IMG/VR virus record: IMGVR_UViG_3300037781_000042
Span: 128,001-192,000 of that record
Strand: one strand, 5' to 3'
Source of the DNA: a virus
Taxonomy: Duplodnaviria > Caudoviricetes
Length of the DNA: 64,000 bases
This document shows positions 1-10,316 of the stretch, one piece after another. The position numbers and the translations under genes are program-made. The notes below the pieces were generated by a model. The model saw nothing but the letters and a program-made list of their open reading frames with translations. It was not told the origin of the DNA and made no database searches. The first letter of the stretch is position 1. Every line of letters starts with the position of its first letter.

Positions 1-15
1 AGAAGAATTTGAAGA

Positions 16-207
16 ATGGAAAAAATTAAAGGAAATAAAATGAACAACTTTTTAACACAATTAGGAAAAATATTAATATACAGTGGAATATTTATATTAT
101 TATTACTTCCTTTTCCTGAAATTACAAGCGTGCTATGGAAACATATTTCAATGGCATTAATATTAGGAATTTTTGCAACAGGACTTGATCCACTTGGGAT
201 AGGTTAA
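16..207 (+). CDS. small membrane protein, unknown function
   Basis: 63-aa ORF with two hydrophobic stretches; tightly packed with the next two ORFs. Confidence 0.55.
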   Translation: MEKIKGNKMNNFLTQLGKILIYSGIFILLLLPFPEITSVLWKHISMALILGIFATGLDPLGIG

Positions 208-208
208 A

Positions 209-586
209 ATGGAAATAACAATTAGAGATGCTTTTTATTTAGTAGGTGGAGTAATAGTTGGAATTTTTTTAAATTCTTTATTAGAATATATTACTTCATT
301 TTTTACTAGAAAGAAAAAAATTGAAATAATTTCATTAGAAAGAAACAAAGATCATTCTCCAATAGAATGGATAGCAGAATTAGAAAACGGAAAGATGTTA
401 GGAATTTTGTATATGTCAGGATGTTTAGTTGGAACTATAAGTAAAAAGAAAACTTCTGATTATTTAGACATTTATAAAAAAGGAAATTTTTCTTTTTGTG
501 ATGTTTTTCATGATGACTATAAATGTTTACCGGCAATAGAAAAATTTTTAAAACAACATAATTTTATAATAAAGGAAATAGAATGA
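209..586 (+). CDS. hypothetical protein with N-terminal membrane anchor
   Basis: Hydrophobic segment FYLVGGVIVGIFLNSLL followed by a soluble domain. Confidence 0.6.
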   Translation: MEITIRDAFYLVGGVIVGIFLNSLLEYITSFFTRKKKIEIISLERNKDHSPIEWIAELENGKMLGILYMSGCLVGTISKKKTSDYLDIYKKGNFSFCDVFHDDYKCLPAIEKFLKQHNFIIKEIE

Positions 587-882
587 AAAAAGAAACGAAA
601 AATAAAATAGTAGAATTTTTAACAGACTTTGGCATAGATGCTGTATTAATATTCATTTATGTTCTAATTTTTAAATATTGCCTGTCATATTTTGATTTAA
701 TGTTTACAGAAGATCAACAAGCAGTAATAGTAGGTATATTAACTTTTTTCGCAGTATTTTTATCAAAAATTATTTTTGATGATAGTTTAAAAAATATTAA
801 CAATAATATTTATATAGATGACGATGTCTTAGAAAAAATGAACGAGGCATACGAAAAAAGAAAAGCAAATCAAGAAAAATAA
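583..882 (+). CDS. two-TM hypothetical membrane protein
   Basis: Two hydrophobic helices and a charged C-terminal tail; ATGA overlap with the upstream ORF. Confidence 0.6.
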   Translation: MKKETKNKIVEFLTDFGIDAVLIFIYVLIFKYCLSYFDLMFTEDQQAVIVGILTFFAVFLSKIIFDDSLKNINNNIYIDDDVLEKMNEAYEKRKANQEK

Positions 883-901
883 ATAAAATTTTCTTAAATT
901 T

Positions 902-947
902 AAATCCTAATCATTAAATATATAGTTTATATCAATGATTAGGATTT
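902..947 (+). promoter_or_regulatory. 14-bp perfect inverted repeat enclosing a candidate late promoter (AAATATATAG, 916-925), ending 4 nt before the ATG at 952
   Basis: aaatcctaatcatt (902-915) and aatgattaggattt (934-947) are exact reverse complements; 18-nt loop. Confidence 0.7.
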
Positions 948-951
948 TTGT

Positions 952-1311
952 ATGTATTTAGATTTCAAAAAGTTTTGTTTACAAGAAGATAGTTCAGCTG
1001 TTGCTTTTATGGGACCGGAAACAGACGGTTCTATTGTGTATCAAAGTTGGCACACCCCTTCCTTTCAAGTTGCGATTTTAAGTAGAGAAAGAGCAGCACA
1101 AATCTATGAGCCTAAATCAAATTTAAAACCAAGTCCTACTATAATTAAAAAAGGAGATGAAGTTGAAGTTTTTGATATGAACAAAAAGAAAAACATTCAT
1201 GGTAAGTTTATAACAGGAATAAAAGATCCTGAAGGAAATTATAAAACGGTTACTTTAAATGTAGATGGTAAGATAATTAAATTAGAAACTTCAGAAATAG
1301 AAAAAGCTTAA
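952..1311 (+). CDS. hypothetical protein with capsid-targeting-like leader
   Basis: N-terminus MYLDFKKFCLQE; lies downstream of the late motif. Confidence 0.6.
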   Translation: MYLDFKKFCLQEDSSAVAFMGPETDGSIVYQSWHTPSFQVAILSRERAAQIYEPKSNLKPSPTIIKKGDEVEVFDMNKKKNIHGKFITGIKDPEGNYKTVTLNVDGKIIKLETSEIEKA

Positions 1312-1320
1312 GAATAACAA

Positions 1321-1797
1321 ATGACATTAAATTTAAATTGTGCTCCTACGGGAACTACAGATGGAAATAAGATAATTATAAGAGACGATCATTTTACTGT
1401 AATTAAAAATGGTAAAACAGTTACTACTGTTTCTTTAAAAGATTGTGTATGGGTTGCAGACAATGTTGTAAGTTATACAATTGATCTTCCTAAAAATTCA
1501 GCAGTTACTTTAGATTCTTCTACTATTTCTTCTGAAACAGATGAAGGAATGATTATGTTTGCTGTAATGGCTAAAAATTCAGTCTTTGCCGAAAAGGATT
1601 ATGAAAATGATAAATTATTTTATACAAGAGATAGTGATGATCCAACTCCGTTAGGACAGTTAAATGTAATTTCTGGAAGTACTGTAAATAGAATTACGGG
1701 AGTTTTTAAATTTTTTAACGGAACTCCTAATGCTGTTATTGATGATATAAATGATGGTCAATATGATGCTACTCTAGATATTTTAATAGCACTTTAA
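1321..1797 (+). CDS. putative virion structural protein
   Basis: Beta-rich acidic protein co-oriented between late genes; no recognised family. Confidence 0.45.
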   Translation: MTLNLNCAPTGTTDGNKIIIRDDHFTVIKNGKTVTTVSLKDCVWVADNVVSYTIDLPKNSAVTLDSSTISSETDEGMIMFAVMAKNSVFAEKDYENDKLFYTRDSDDPTPLGQLNVISGSTVNRITGVFKFFNGTPNAVIDDINDGQYDATLDILIAL

Positions 1798-1819
1798 AAA
1801 TAGAAAAATAAAAATATAA

Positions 1820-4726
1820 ATGAGCTTATTAGTAGATATAAAGAAAAGAATTGAATTACTTTTAACAGGAATTAGACCTAACATTCCAGATGCCGGAACA
1901 AATCATATTGACGATCCAGGAGATTGGACAGTTGATAGTATTTATAAAGGCGAACTTGCTATTAATGCAGATACTGGGGAACTATTTACTTCTGACGGAA
2001 TTCAGCCTATTAATCTTTCTACAATAGATGGAATTTTAGAAGGTTTAGAAATTTCAACTTCTGGAGCATCTTTAAGAGAGATAAACATTTCAGCAGGTAC
2101 TTTTAGAATAAATGGAAGAGTTTATAAACATGATGGTACTTTAGATGTTGATGATGCAACTATAACAGTTCCAGAAAATATAGAGATTTATCCAAGATTA
2201 GATGCAGTTGCTGTAAAAGGAGATATGACATTTGAATCAGGAGGATTTTATGGAGCAGAATTTAAAGTGTTTAAAGGAAACATTGCTTCTGATATTCCTG
2301 TTCCTTCTGTAGATGATGGATATTTATTTTTAGGTTTTGTATTAGTAATGCCTAATCAAACGGTAAGTGATGTTCTTAGACCTTTACCAGTAACAACACT
2401 TTATGGATATAATATTCCTTTAAATATTAATCCTTTAAAATTTGAAAAAGATTTAACTACTAGAATATTACAATGGGAAACTGATACTTTGTATTTAGAA
2501 AATCAAGTAGTTGAACACGATAATAATTTATATCAAGCAGCTTATACTCATGTATCTGATGGAACTTCTTTATCTACAGATTTTGCTGCAGATAAATTAG
2601 TATCTATGGGAGCAGTAACTGCTTCTAATATAAGTAGATTTTCTCACATAGGAAGTACTCCTACTTCGGGAAACTTTGTAGATCATTTCTTTGATCATTG
2701 GAATACTGATACTAGAATATTAGATGCATTTCAAGATATATCGGCTTTCATAAATTCATTTGCCCCTACTAAACCTGTAAATATAGATAATGCTAATTTG
2801 CAATTAGTTACTGAACATAATAAGGCAGGATTTACAGAAGCGGCTTATGCAGTAGATGATAATTATAGTAATAATATAGTTAGAGATAATACAACAGTAG
2901 AAGCTGAAGTAGAAGAAAAGTTTACTCCTTATGATTCAGGAGCCTTGAAATCGTATTTATTTACACCTTTAACTTCTTATTCAACCGATAATTTAAACTT
3001 AGATCCACCTCCATCTACTTTACCTAATACTGTTATTATAACAGATGCAGAAACAAAATTAGATTTTACTGTAGTTAGAGACGATCATTATGGAACACAA
3101 CAAGGATATAAAGGTTTTTATAATTCAATAGATGCTAATTTAGTAACAGTTGAAACTTTAACTCCTAGTGAAGATTCTTATAAATTAAATATTACTCACT
3201 TAAGTTCTGCTGATGCAACAGAAGTAGAATTTTATGTAGAATCTGTAAGAACTCCAAGTATTGCAAACGTAGAAAACTTTATAGCAGTTTCAAATGATAC
3301 AGATTTAAAATATTTAAGCGGTGTCCCTGTATTAAAAGAAGGAGACCATATTGAATTTGATTATGAAATTCATGATGCTGTTAGATATTTTTATAATCAC
3401 GAAAAAATTACAGAGGTTTCTTCTGATATAATGGAAGAAGCATTAGTTATAGATTTTGGAGATACTGGGTATTTTGATCCTGGATCTTTACCTCCTTTAA
3501 CTTTACCAGCAGGCCCTACAGAAGACGGTCCGGTAATCGAAACTGCAAACGTTGCTTGTTTAATTGCTGAAGATGCAATATCTTCTTCTCCTAGTTTTGT
3601 GATTAAAGCTTATAATGCTTTAGCAGATTCTGTAACTCATAATACTGGCGGAACAGGATTCTTAGTTGATGATGTTACAGTAGAGGAAGGTGTTAGATTA
3701 ACTTCTGGTGTAGGTGATTTTCCAGCAGGTTCTCCTGGAGTAGATTGGGGAGTATTGTATGATGAAGCACAAACACAAGTAAATATATTAGGAAATAAAG
3801 AACTTCAATTATTTGGAGGAAAATATTTTTATCCACAAGTAGATTATACGGCATTTACGGGAGTTACTCATGATGGATCTCCGGTAGCATATCCAGATTA
3901 TTCTAATAGTGATACGGATTATAGATGGACAACCTTTAATTTAGGAACTCTTGAGGCTAAGAAACATTTTAACTTAGAAATAAGAGACACTACGGGAATT
4001 TTATATGATTTAACTGATGGTGTAACTGTTACTCCTGATTTTAAAATGTATATTATGATTTATAACCCATTAAATCCTGCTTATGGAACAGGTTGGTTAG
4101 ATTTAAATAAAGCTTATAATTCTACTTTAATAGAAAATCCTACAGGAGACGGGGATCCTGCACTAGATTTAGGGTGGATGGAAGGAAATGCTAATTATAG
4201 AAGAGCTAGTTTTGGAACAATAGAAAGAACAGGTATAATTTATGTAAGAATAGGAACTTCTTCTAAAAGCATTTCATTTAAAGATGTAGTAGAAACTGAT
4301 GCTACTCCTGAATTAAATGATGCAGGTTGGGACGAATATAACTTAGGAGAAATTGTTGGAGAATCTTATGTAATTTTGTCTATTAACGGAACAGATAATT
4401 CTTTATTGGATGACTTTTTAAATGGAACAACAATGACTTCTAATTTTGATATGCAAGTAAGAGTATTAAATACTGATAATGCAAGTTTAGGAACTGATTG
4501 GATAGATGCAAATGAAGCATATCCTGCAAATGCATTTATTCCAGAAGAATACCAAGATCCTGCATTAGATTTAACTTATTATGATGACGGAGAAACTAAT
4601 CCAGATATTAGAAAAATAACATTTGGTCCAACTACAAGAACAGGACAATTACAAGTAAGGCTAAAAATAAATGGAGATCAACATTATGACGATGTTACAG
4701 TTATAAGTCCTTCATATTTAGCTTAA
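1820..4726 (+). CDS. putative tail fibre / virion adhesin
   Basis: N-terminal GELAINADTGELFTSDG (Mtd N-terminal-like), a CBM5/12-like segment WETDTLYLENQVVEHDNNLYQA, and a duplicated C-terminal domain. Confidence 0.6.
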   Translation: MSLLVDIKKRIELLLTGIRPNIPDAGTNHIDDPGDWTVDSIYKGELAINADTGELFTSDGIQPINLSTIDGILEGLEISTSGASLREINISAGTFRINGRVYKHDGTLDVDDATITVPENIEIYPRLDAVAVKGDMTFESGGFYGAEFKVFKGNIASDIPVPSVDDGYLFLGFVLVMPNQTVSDVLRPLPVTTLYGYNIPLNINPLKFEKDLTTRILQWETDTLYLENQVVEHDNNLYQAAYTHVSDGTSLSTDFAADKLVSMGAVTASNISRFSHIGSTPTSGNFVDHFFDHWNTDTRILDAFQDISAFINSFAPTKPVNIDNANLQLVTEHNKAGFTEAAYAVDDNYSNNIVRDNTTVEAEVEEKFTPYDSGALKSYLFTPLTSYSTDNLNLDPPPSTLPNTVIITDAETKLDFTVVRDDHYGTQQGYKGFYNSIDANLVTVETLTPSEDSYKLNITHLSSADATEVEFYVESVRTPSIANVENFIAVSNDTDLKYLSGVPVLKEGDHIEFDYEIHDAVRYFYNHEKITEVSSDIMEEALVIDFGDTGYFDPGSLPPLTLPAGPTEDGPVIETANVACLIAEDAISSSPSFVIKAYNALADSVTHNTGGTGFLVDDVTVEEGVRLTSGVGDFPAGSPGVDWGVLYDEAQTQVNILGNKELQLFGGKYFYPQVDYTAFTGVTHDGSPVAYPDYSNSDTDYRWTTFNLGTLEAKKHFNLEIRDTTGILYDLTDGVTVTPDFKMYIMIYNPLNPAYGTGWLDLNKAYNSTLIENPTGDGDPALDLGWMEGNANYRRASFGTIERTGIIYVRIGTSSKSISFKDVVETDATPELNDAGWDEYNLGEIVGESYVILSINGTDNSLLDDFLNGTTMTSNFDMQVRVLNTDNASLGTDWIDANEAYPANAFIPEEYQDPALDLTYYDDGETNPDIRKITFGPTTRTGQLQVRLKINGDQHYDDVTVISPSYLA
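3923..4700 (+). repeat. tandem duplicated ~130-aa C-terminal domain
   Basis: Units start at aa 702 (RWTTFNLG) and aa 836 (GWDEYNLG) and share GTxWxDxNxAY, DPALDL and RxxxFGxxxRTG. Confidence 0.8.
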
Positions 4727-4744
4727 AATTAAATAAATAGATAT

Positions 4745-4972
4745 ATGCATAAAGAAAAAAGAATAATAGAAAGTTTTATAGAATTTAATAAAATAAATGA
4801 AAATGTCGACAGTGATATAGAAAAGTTAAAGAAATTTAATACTCGCGAAAAGCGATATGAATTTATAAAAGATTTTTCTAAAGATAGATTAATAAATATA
4901 GCAGATAAACTTGATATAGATTATGAAGATCATGATGATTTAGAATCTAGAGTATTAAATTGCTTCGATTAG
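4745..4972 (+). CDS. small internal-protein-like ORF with capsid-targeting-like leader
   Basis: MHKEKRIIESFIEFNKINE leader. Confidence 0.65.
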   Translation: MHKEKRIIESFIEFNKINENVDSDIEKLKKFNTREKRYEFIKDFSKDRLINIADKLDIDYEDHDDLESRVLNCFD

Positions 4973-4984
4973 GAAAAGTATTTA

Positions 4985-5425
4985 ATGAAAATTATGAATA
5001 AGAATGAAACAAAAAGAGGATCAGAAGAAAACGAAAAAGGTCCAAGAGCAATTGATATAGAAGGAACCGGAATATTTCTATCTTATCAAATGCTAATATT
5101 ATTAATTGGTGGTTTAGTATCATTAGGAATAACTATAAGTGTTTGGAATTCTTACGATGGGAGTATTCAATCAAATAAGACTGAAATTTCTCAAATAAAA
5201 CGTGAAATGAATGAAAGATTTAAAACTTTAGATAGAAAAATAGATCATAAATATTTAGAAACTATACATAAAGTAGATGAAAAATATGAAATTATAGAAA
5301 GAAGAGTAGATAAAAACAATCTTAGATTTAAAGATTGGATAAAGAAAAATTCTGAAACTATAGATGAAATTCAATTGGACAACATTGAATTATTTTACAC
5401 AAAACAAGATAAAAATAAAAAATAA
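4985..5425 (+). CDS. single-TM coiled-coil protein (holin/XhlA-like architecture)
   Basis: TM segment MLILLIGGLVSLGITISVW followed by a heptad-rich charged region. Confidence 0.4.
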   Translation: MKIMNKNETKRGSEENEKGPRAIDIEGTGIFLSYQMLILLIGGLVSLGITISVWNSYDGSIQSNKTEISQIKREMNERFKTLDRKIDHKYLETIHKVDEKYEIIERRVDKNNLRFKDWIKKNSETIDEIQLDNIELFYTKQDKNKK

Positions 5426-5439
5426 AAAAGAGAAAAATT

Positions 5440-5910
5440 ATGGAAAGAAAAAATTTAATGAATTTCGAAAACTTTAGAAATCATTTAAACGAAAATGAAG
5501 AAGGTACATTAGAAATAAATAATGTAGAAGAAGAAACTGAAGAAGAGTCTAAAGAAGATAAAAAGAAAGACAAAAAGAAAAAAGACAAGAAAGAAGATAA
5601 AAAATCTGATGGAGAAATAGCATCTGATGTTATGGAAGATGTAATGGAAGACATAGAAAAGAAATTTTCTTCTGATGCTACTTTAACATTTACTTCAAAA
5701 GAAATTACTTTAACTGTACCTGGAGAAGAAGAATCTTATTCATCTACTCAAAAATTAGATGATGATAAAGATATGGAGAAAGTAGTTAAAGAAATGATTA
5801 AAGATATTGAATCTCAAATGGAAGAAGAACCTTCTAAAGAACCAGAAGAAGGAGAAGATCCATCTACAGGAGATGATATTGATTTATCTAAGTTTTTAGA
5901 TGAAGAATAA
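5440..5910 (+). CDS. highly charged internal-protein-like ORF with leader
   Basis: MERKNLMNFENFRNHLNE leader; E/D/K-rich low-complexity body. Confidence 0.65.
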   Translation: MERKNLMNFENFRNHLNENEEGTLEINNVEEETEEESKEDKKKDKKKKDKKEDKKSDGEIASDVMEDVMEDIEKKFSSDATLTFTSKEITLTVPGEEESYSSTQKLDDDKDMEKVVKEMIKDIESQMEEEPSKEPEEGEDPSTGDDIDLSKFLDEE

Positions 5911-5929
5911 AATTATAAATAGAAAAATA

Positions 5930-6226
5930 ATGAAAAAAGAAAATAGAATAGTAGAAAATTTTGAAAAATTTTCTAAAATAAATGAAGATAGAACCGATGA
6001 AATAACCCCAGGAAAAAAATATACTACATCAGATTATGTTTACGCAGTATCTTTAGATAATGTAGCAGATCAAAATTATGAAGTAACTATCGATAATGGG
6101 GAAGAATTTACAGTACTTCCTAAAGAAGAATGGTATTCTGAAAGGACTATTGCGGTAGATTATTATGGAAATAAAGTATTTGTAGATGGTAATTTTATTA
6201 AATATGAATGCTGGGAAAACAATTAG
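5930..6226 (+). CDS. small internal-protein-like ORF with leader (start moved from 5900 to 5930)
   Basis: MKKENRIVENFEKFSKINE begins at ATG 5930, preceded by TATAAATA at 5914-5921. Confidence 0.65.
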   Translation: MKKENRIVENFEKFSKINEDRTDEITPGKKYTTSDYVYAVSLDNVADQNYEVTIDNGEEFTVLPKEEWYSERTIAVDYYGNKVFVDGNFIKYECWENN

Positions 6227-6249
6227 AAAAATATAATATGAAAAACGAA

Positions 6250-6759
6250 ATGAAAAAAGAACAAAAACAAAGAATAGTAGAAACCTTTAAAGGATTTAAT
6301 GAAGCATTTGATCCTTTTCGCCGCACAAAAATGTATACAAATGCAGACAAAAAACGAGAAAGAGAAGAATTTAGTAAATATGATATTAATTCTATAAAAG
6401 AAAAATTGGAAAAAAATATAAGTTTTCTAAATTCACAAATTTCTAAAGTATTGGAAGCAGATGTTAGATTTATAGTTGAATACGACCCAGAAAAATTTGA
6501 ATTTTTACTTACTTCTAACAATCTTTTAACTTCTATGGATACTATAGGATATAATGTAAAAATGGTACTATTTGGTCATCTAAGTGCATTAGAATCAGGA
6601 TTTTTATTTTTTGAAACAAAAATAAATTATAACTTAGGAGAAGGAATAGAAACTAATTATTTAGAAGCTTTTCCAGGATTAGAAAGATTTATTGCATTTG
6701 GAGTTAATACTGAAACATGGAAATTCGAAAATGTTGATATTGAAGCAATAGATAAATAA
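6250..6759 (+). CDS. internal-protein-like ORF with leader (start moved from 6208 to 6250)
   Basis: MKKEQKQRIVETFKGFNE begins at ATG 6250. Confidence 0.65.
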   Translation: MKKEQKQRIVETFKGFNEAFDPFRRTKMYTNADKKREREEFSKYDINSIKEKLEKNISFLNSQISKVLEADVRFIVEYDPEKFEFLLTSNNLLTSMDTIGYNVKMVLFGHLSALESGFLFFETKINYNLGEGIETNYLEAFPGLERFIAFGVNTETWKFENVDIEAIDK

Positions 6760-6792
6760 CAAAGAAAATATAAATATAAATTTAATTTATTT

Positions 6793-6828
6793 AAAAGTCA
6801 AAAGAAGTTTTACTTTTTTGACTTTTTT
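6793..6828 (+). terminator. rho-independent terminator
   Basis: aaaagtcaaaa / ttttgactttt stem with T run, after the ORF ending at 6759. Confidence 0.65.
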
Positions 6829-6836
6829 GCTTTTTT

Positions 6837-6846
6837 AAATATATAG
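6837..6846 (+). promoter_or_regulatory. candidate late promoter AAATATATAG
   Basis: Immediately after a terminator and 35 nt before the sheath gene; recurring motif. Confidence 0.55.
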
Positions 6847-6881
6847 ACTATAAAGAAAATATAAATTTAAAATAAAAGACA

Positions 6882-9800
6882 ATGGCAAATAACAGATACT
6901 TAGATTTATCACAGTATAAAGCCCCAGGGATATATTTTGAAGAATATGAAGGAGCTCCGGTAACGCAGGTAGATACTACTATTCTTAGATTAGTTCCAGG
7001 CTTTTCTAGAAAAGGAATTTATAATAAGCCAATCTTAGTTAATTCTAAAAACGAAGCAATTCAAATATTTGGAGATATTGATCCATTTTTAGAAAAAAGA
7101 GGTTCGTTTTTCCACAGATCATTATTTACTGCATTAGAAGCTGGACCTGTTTTAGCTTTAGCATTAATGCCAGTAAACAATGGAACAGATTTAGATTTTC
7201 CAAGAGATGAAGTAGAATATCAATCATTTTCATTAGATACAAAAGAGAAAAATTCTAAAGTATCTAGTGCATTATATTCTGCATTTTTTAATAAAGAAAG
7301 ATTTTGGGAACTAGATTTAGAAAACTTTGATGGTATTATAGAATTTAATGCAACAACTTCAGGAAAATTATTATCAGTAGCAAATTTAGGAACTAAGCAA
7401 GTTTCTTTAATTACTAGAAAAACTAATGTTAAAGGTTTTGATATAACTGCAAGAAAATTCTTTGGACAAAATAATGTTCCAGATTATTTACAAGATTTTG
7501 ATATATTGAATGATTATTTCTTAGAAGTAATTATAATTGAAGGAGATTGGAATGATTATGAGAAATTATCAATTGATCCAATTTATTCAAAATACTTTAC
7601 TAAGGACGGTTTAATTAAATCAAAATTAAATGACTTCTTAGCTGAAGATGGAGTAGATTATGTTCAAAATTATACAGGATCTGTGATTCCTGATTTAATT
7701 GACGGTAACGGTAAAAACTGGTCATTAGATGCAATAATGAATCAAGGAATAACAATAACAGGATTGTTTACTTCTATTAATAGAGAAGTTCTAGAAAATT
7801 GGGAAAATAAAGCTGATTCAGTTTCTGATCTTGATTTAGTAGGTCACTCATTAATTAATCAAACAGCTTCTGGTTCTGCAGTAAAAGAATTAGATTTCTT
7901 ATCATATAAAGCAAACTTCAATACTTCTAAAACTTATCCTTCTTCTGAAAACGGAGAAGATTTATCTACAAAAGTAGGTAATATAACTTTAGATGGTGTT
8001 ACTTTACAATCTAAAGCAATTGAAGGTTATGGATTATTGAATAATAGGTTAAGAATAATAAAGCCTACAGATGCTACCCAGTTAGCTACTTATAATACTT
8101 TAAAGCAAGCAGCTACTGAAAAAACAGCTGTATTTGCAGGACATAATGATACAACAGATACTGCTTCTGAAATTTATTTTGGTGTTGTAGATGCTTACGA
8201 AATAAATGAAGTAAATTCTTTAGGAGACAATGAAATAGTTCTTTATGTAGATTTAAAGAATTCTGGAAAATCTGCTGAAGCTGATACGGTTTATACGTTT
8301 GATGAAACTGATTTGGATGCAAATTCAATCAATTTAACTTCATATACAGTATATGGTGCTGAAGTTGGTAGACAAATTTATTTCAAACCTAAAACTTCTG
8401 CTTCTACAGGATATTATGCAACTATTTCATCATTAACATTAGATGATCCAGGAGATGAATGTGCTATCGTAGTAACAGGATTACCTGATACAATGACTAA
8501 TTTAGGAATTGGAAACTCTACTCACGATGTTGTAGTAAGTAATTTAAATCCTTGTCAAGCTATAAATAGTGGTTTAACTTGGACTGTTAGATATTCAGCT
8601 GCTCCTAATTTAACTATTTTAGATGAAGCAGGAACTGATTATTTAGAAGTTTATTCAGGATCAGATCTTTACAAAGATATTGAATCTGGTTTAATTAAGA
8701 ATGGACAAGTTACTGGAGATACTGAATATTTGAAAATTGAAAAAGCGCAAGATTCTGTAGGAATTGATATTTATAATGTTAAGTTCTTTACAAATGAAAG
8801 TTTATCAATCAATTCAGCAACAGATGCTCCGGCTGAAGATGCTACATTCACAACTCCATTTACGACTACGGATATAGTACAAACGGTTCCTATCGTAACA
8901 AATTCATTATCAGCAGATACAAAATCTGTTAAAATAACGAATGCTAATTTAGGAGATACTAAAGTAGGGGATTATATTGCAACTTCAATAACTGAAGGTT
9001 TAACTACTAAATATTATGCGGCTAAGATTATTTCAATGGTAAGTAATGGAGATGGTACTAAAACTGTAACGTCTGCAGCTTCAATTACTACATTTGATGT
9101 ATCTTCTGTTGATAACGTTTACATTTTATCTGCAGTTGAAGACTTTGCAACTAATTATACTTTTGCTACTTTAAGTGGATTTACAGTAAACGATTATCAC
9201 CTACCAGGTAATTTCTTAAATAGACAATCTCAATTAGAGAAAATTATTAAAGTAATGGGACCAGGAACAAATATCTACAAAGCTCTTGCTGATAATGAAA
9301 CAATGAGATTTAGATATATTGTTGATACATTCAGTGGAGGTGTTTCTGCAGAATGTTATCCTAAAAACTTAATTACTAGATTAGCTAAAGATAAATTAAG
9401 ATGTTTAGCTATAATGAATACTCCTTCTTGGAAAGAATTGAAAGAGTCTACTGATCCTAGGTTCTCTGATTTACCGTCAGAAGTTGATCCTAGACCACCA
9501 ATTAAAGTTCAATATATTAAAGAAGGTGGTAACTTAAGTTTAGGACCAAGTGTTAGATTCTCGCTTCCTTCAGAAGAAAATGGTTCAAGACATTGTGGTT
9601 TCTTCGGAACATATCCATTAGTTAGATATAATAAGAAAAATATTGCAGTTCCGCCTGCAGCTGGAATTTCAAATAGATTTGTTTCTAAGCATTTTGATGG
9701 AACTAAGTTTAATGCAGTTGCTGGTAAATATGGAGGATTCTCTGTAACTGGAGCAACAGGAGCATTAGAGCATGATTTTACTTTTGAAGATAGAGAGTTT

Positions 9801-10238
9801 TTAGCTGAGTTAGGTTGGAATCCGATTGTTTGGAGAGAAAATCAAGGTTATGTAATATTTGATAACTTGATGGCATACCAAGAACAATTATCTGCATTTA
9901 ACTACTTATCAACTAGAGATTTATTAATTACTATTGAAGATGGTATAGATTCAATCTTACAATCTTACTTATGGGATAATAATACAGATTTCTTAAGAGA
10001 AGAAGTTTCTGCTAGATTAAGAGCATTCTTAAATCAAGTTAAAGTTGCTGGAGGTTTAACTGACTATAAAGTAACAATGACAAGTGCTAATAACACAAAT
10101 GAAACAATAACTGCAGGATTTGGTATAATTGATATTGATGTAGAACCTACATTCCCAATATCTAAATACTTGAATAGAATTACTGTTCATAATGCTGGAG
10201 GCGTTGGAGAATTGCAACAATCTGGTTTTAGCGGTTAA
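6882..10238 (+). CDS. gp18: contractile tail sheath protein, copy 1
   Basis: N-terminal YKAPGIYFEEY motif; C-terminal sheath domain (VPPAAG, GWNPIVW, GYVIFDNL, RDLLITIE, IDIDVEPTFP). Confidence 0.92.
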   Translation: MANNRYLDLSQYKAPGIYFEEYEGAPVTQVDTTILRLVPGFSRKGIYNKPILVNSKNEAIQIFGDIDPFLEKRGSFFHRSLFTALEAGPVLALALMPVNNGTDLDFPRDEVEYQSFSLDTKEKNSKVSSALYSAFFNKERFWELDLENFDGIIEFNATTSGKLLSVANLGTKQVSLITRKTNVKGFDITARKFFGQNNVPDYLQDFDILNDYFLEVIIIEGDWNDYEKLSIDPIYSKYFTKDGLIKSKLNDFLAEDGVDYVQNYTGSVIPDLIDGNGKNWSLDAIMNQGITITGLFTSINREVLENWENKADSVSDLDLVGHSLINQTASGSAVKELDFLSYKANFNTSKTYPSSENGEDLSTKVGNITLDGVTLQSKAIEGYGLLNNRLRIIKPTDATQLATYNTLKQAATEKTAVFAGHNDTTDTASEIYFGVVDAYEINEVNSLGDNEIVLYVDLKNSGKSAEADTVYTFDETDLDANSINLTSYTVYGAEVGRQIYFKPKTSASTGYYATISSLTLDDPGDECAIVVTGLPDTMTNLGIGNSTHDVVVSNLNPCQAINSGLTWTVRYSAAPNLTILDEAGTDYLEVYSGSDLYKDIESGLIKNGQVTGDTEYLKIEKAQDSVGIDIYNVKFFTNESLSINSATDAPAEDATFTTPFTTTDIVQTVPIVTNSLSADTKSVKITNANLGDTKVGDYIATSITEGLTTKYYAAKIISMVSNGDGTKTVTSAASITTFDVSSVDNVYILSAVEDFATNYTFATLSGFTVNDYHLPGNFLNRQSQLEKIIKVMGPGTNIYKALADNETMRFRYIVDTFSGGVSAECYPKNLITRLAKDKLRCLAIMNTPSWKELKESTDPRFSDLPSEVDPRPPIKVQYIKEGGNLSLGPSVRFSLPSEENGSRHCGFFGTYPLVRYNKKNIAVPPAAGISNRFVSKHFDGTKFNAVAGKYGGFSVTGATGALEHDFTFEDREFLAELGWNPIVWRENQGYVIFDNLMAYQEQLSAFNYLSTRDLLITIEDGIDSILQSYLWDNNTDFLREEVSARLRAFLNQVKVAGGLTDYKVTMTSANNTNETITAGFGIIDIDVEPTFPISKYLNRITVHNAGGVGELQQSGFSG

Positions 10239-10263
10239 AATATATAAATTATAAAATTAAAAC

Positions 10264-10290
10264 GGAGGTCGAAAGGCCTCCTTACTTTTT
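10264..10290 (+). terminator. GC-rich hairpin with GAAA loop, probable terminator
   Basis: ggaggtc-gaaa-ggcctcc followed by ttacttttt, after the sheath gene. Confidence 0.75.
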
Positions 10291-10316
10291 AAATAAAAAC
10301 AAATAAGAAAAACAAA

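Noticed and set aside
4970-4987. TAG stop of ORF 4745 is in frame with the ATG at 4985 (possible readthrough fusion)
   Set aside because: One-in-three chance event, no recognisable readthrough context, and other TAG stops are not in frame with the next gene
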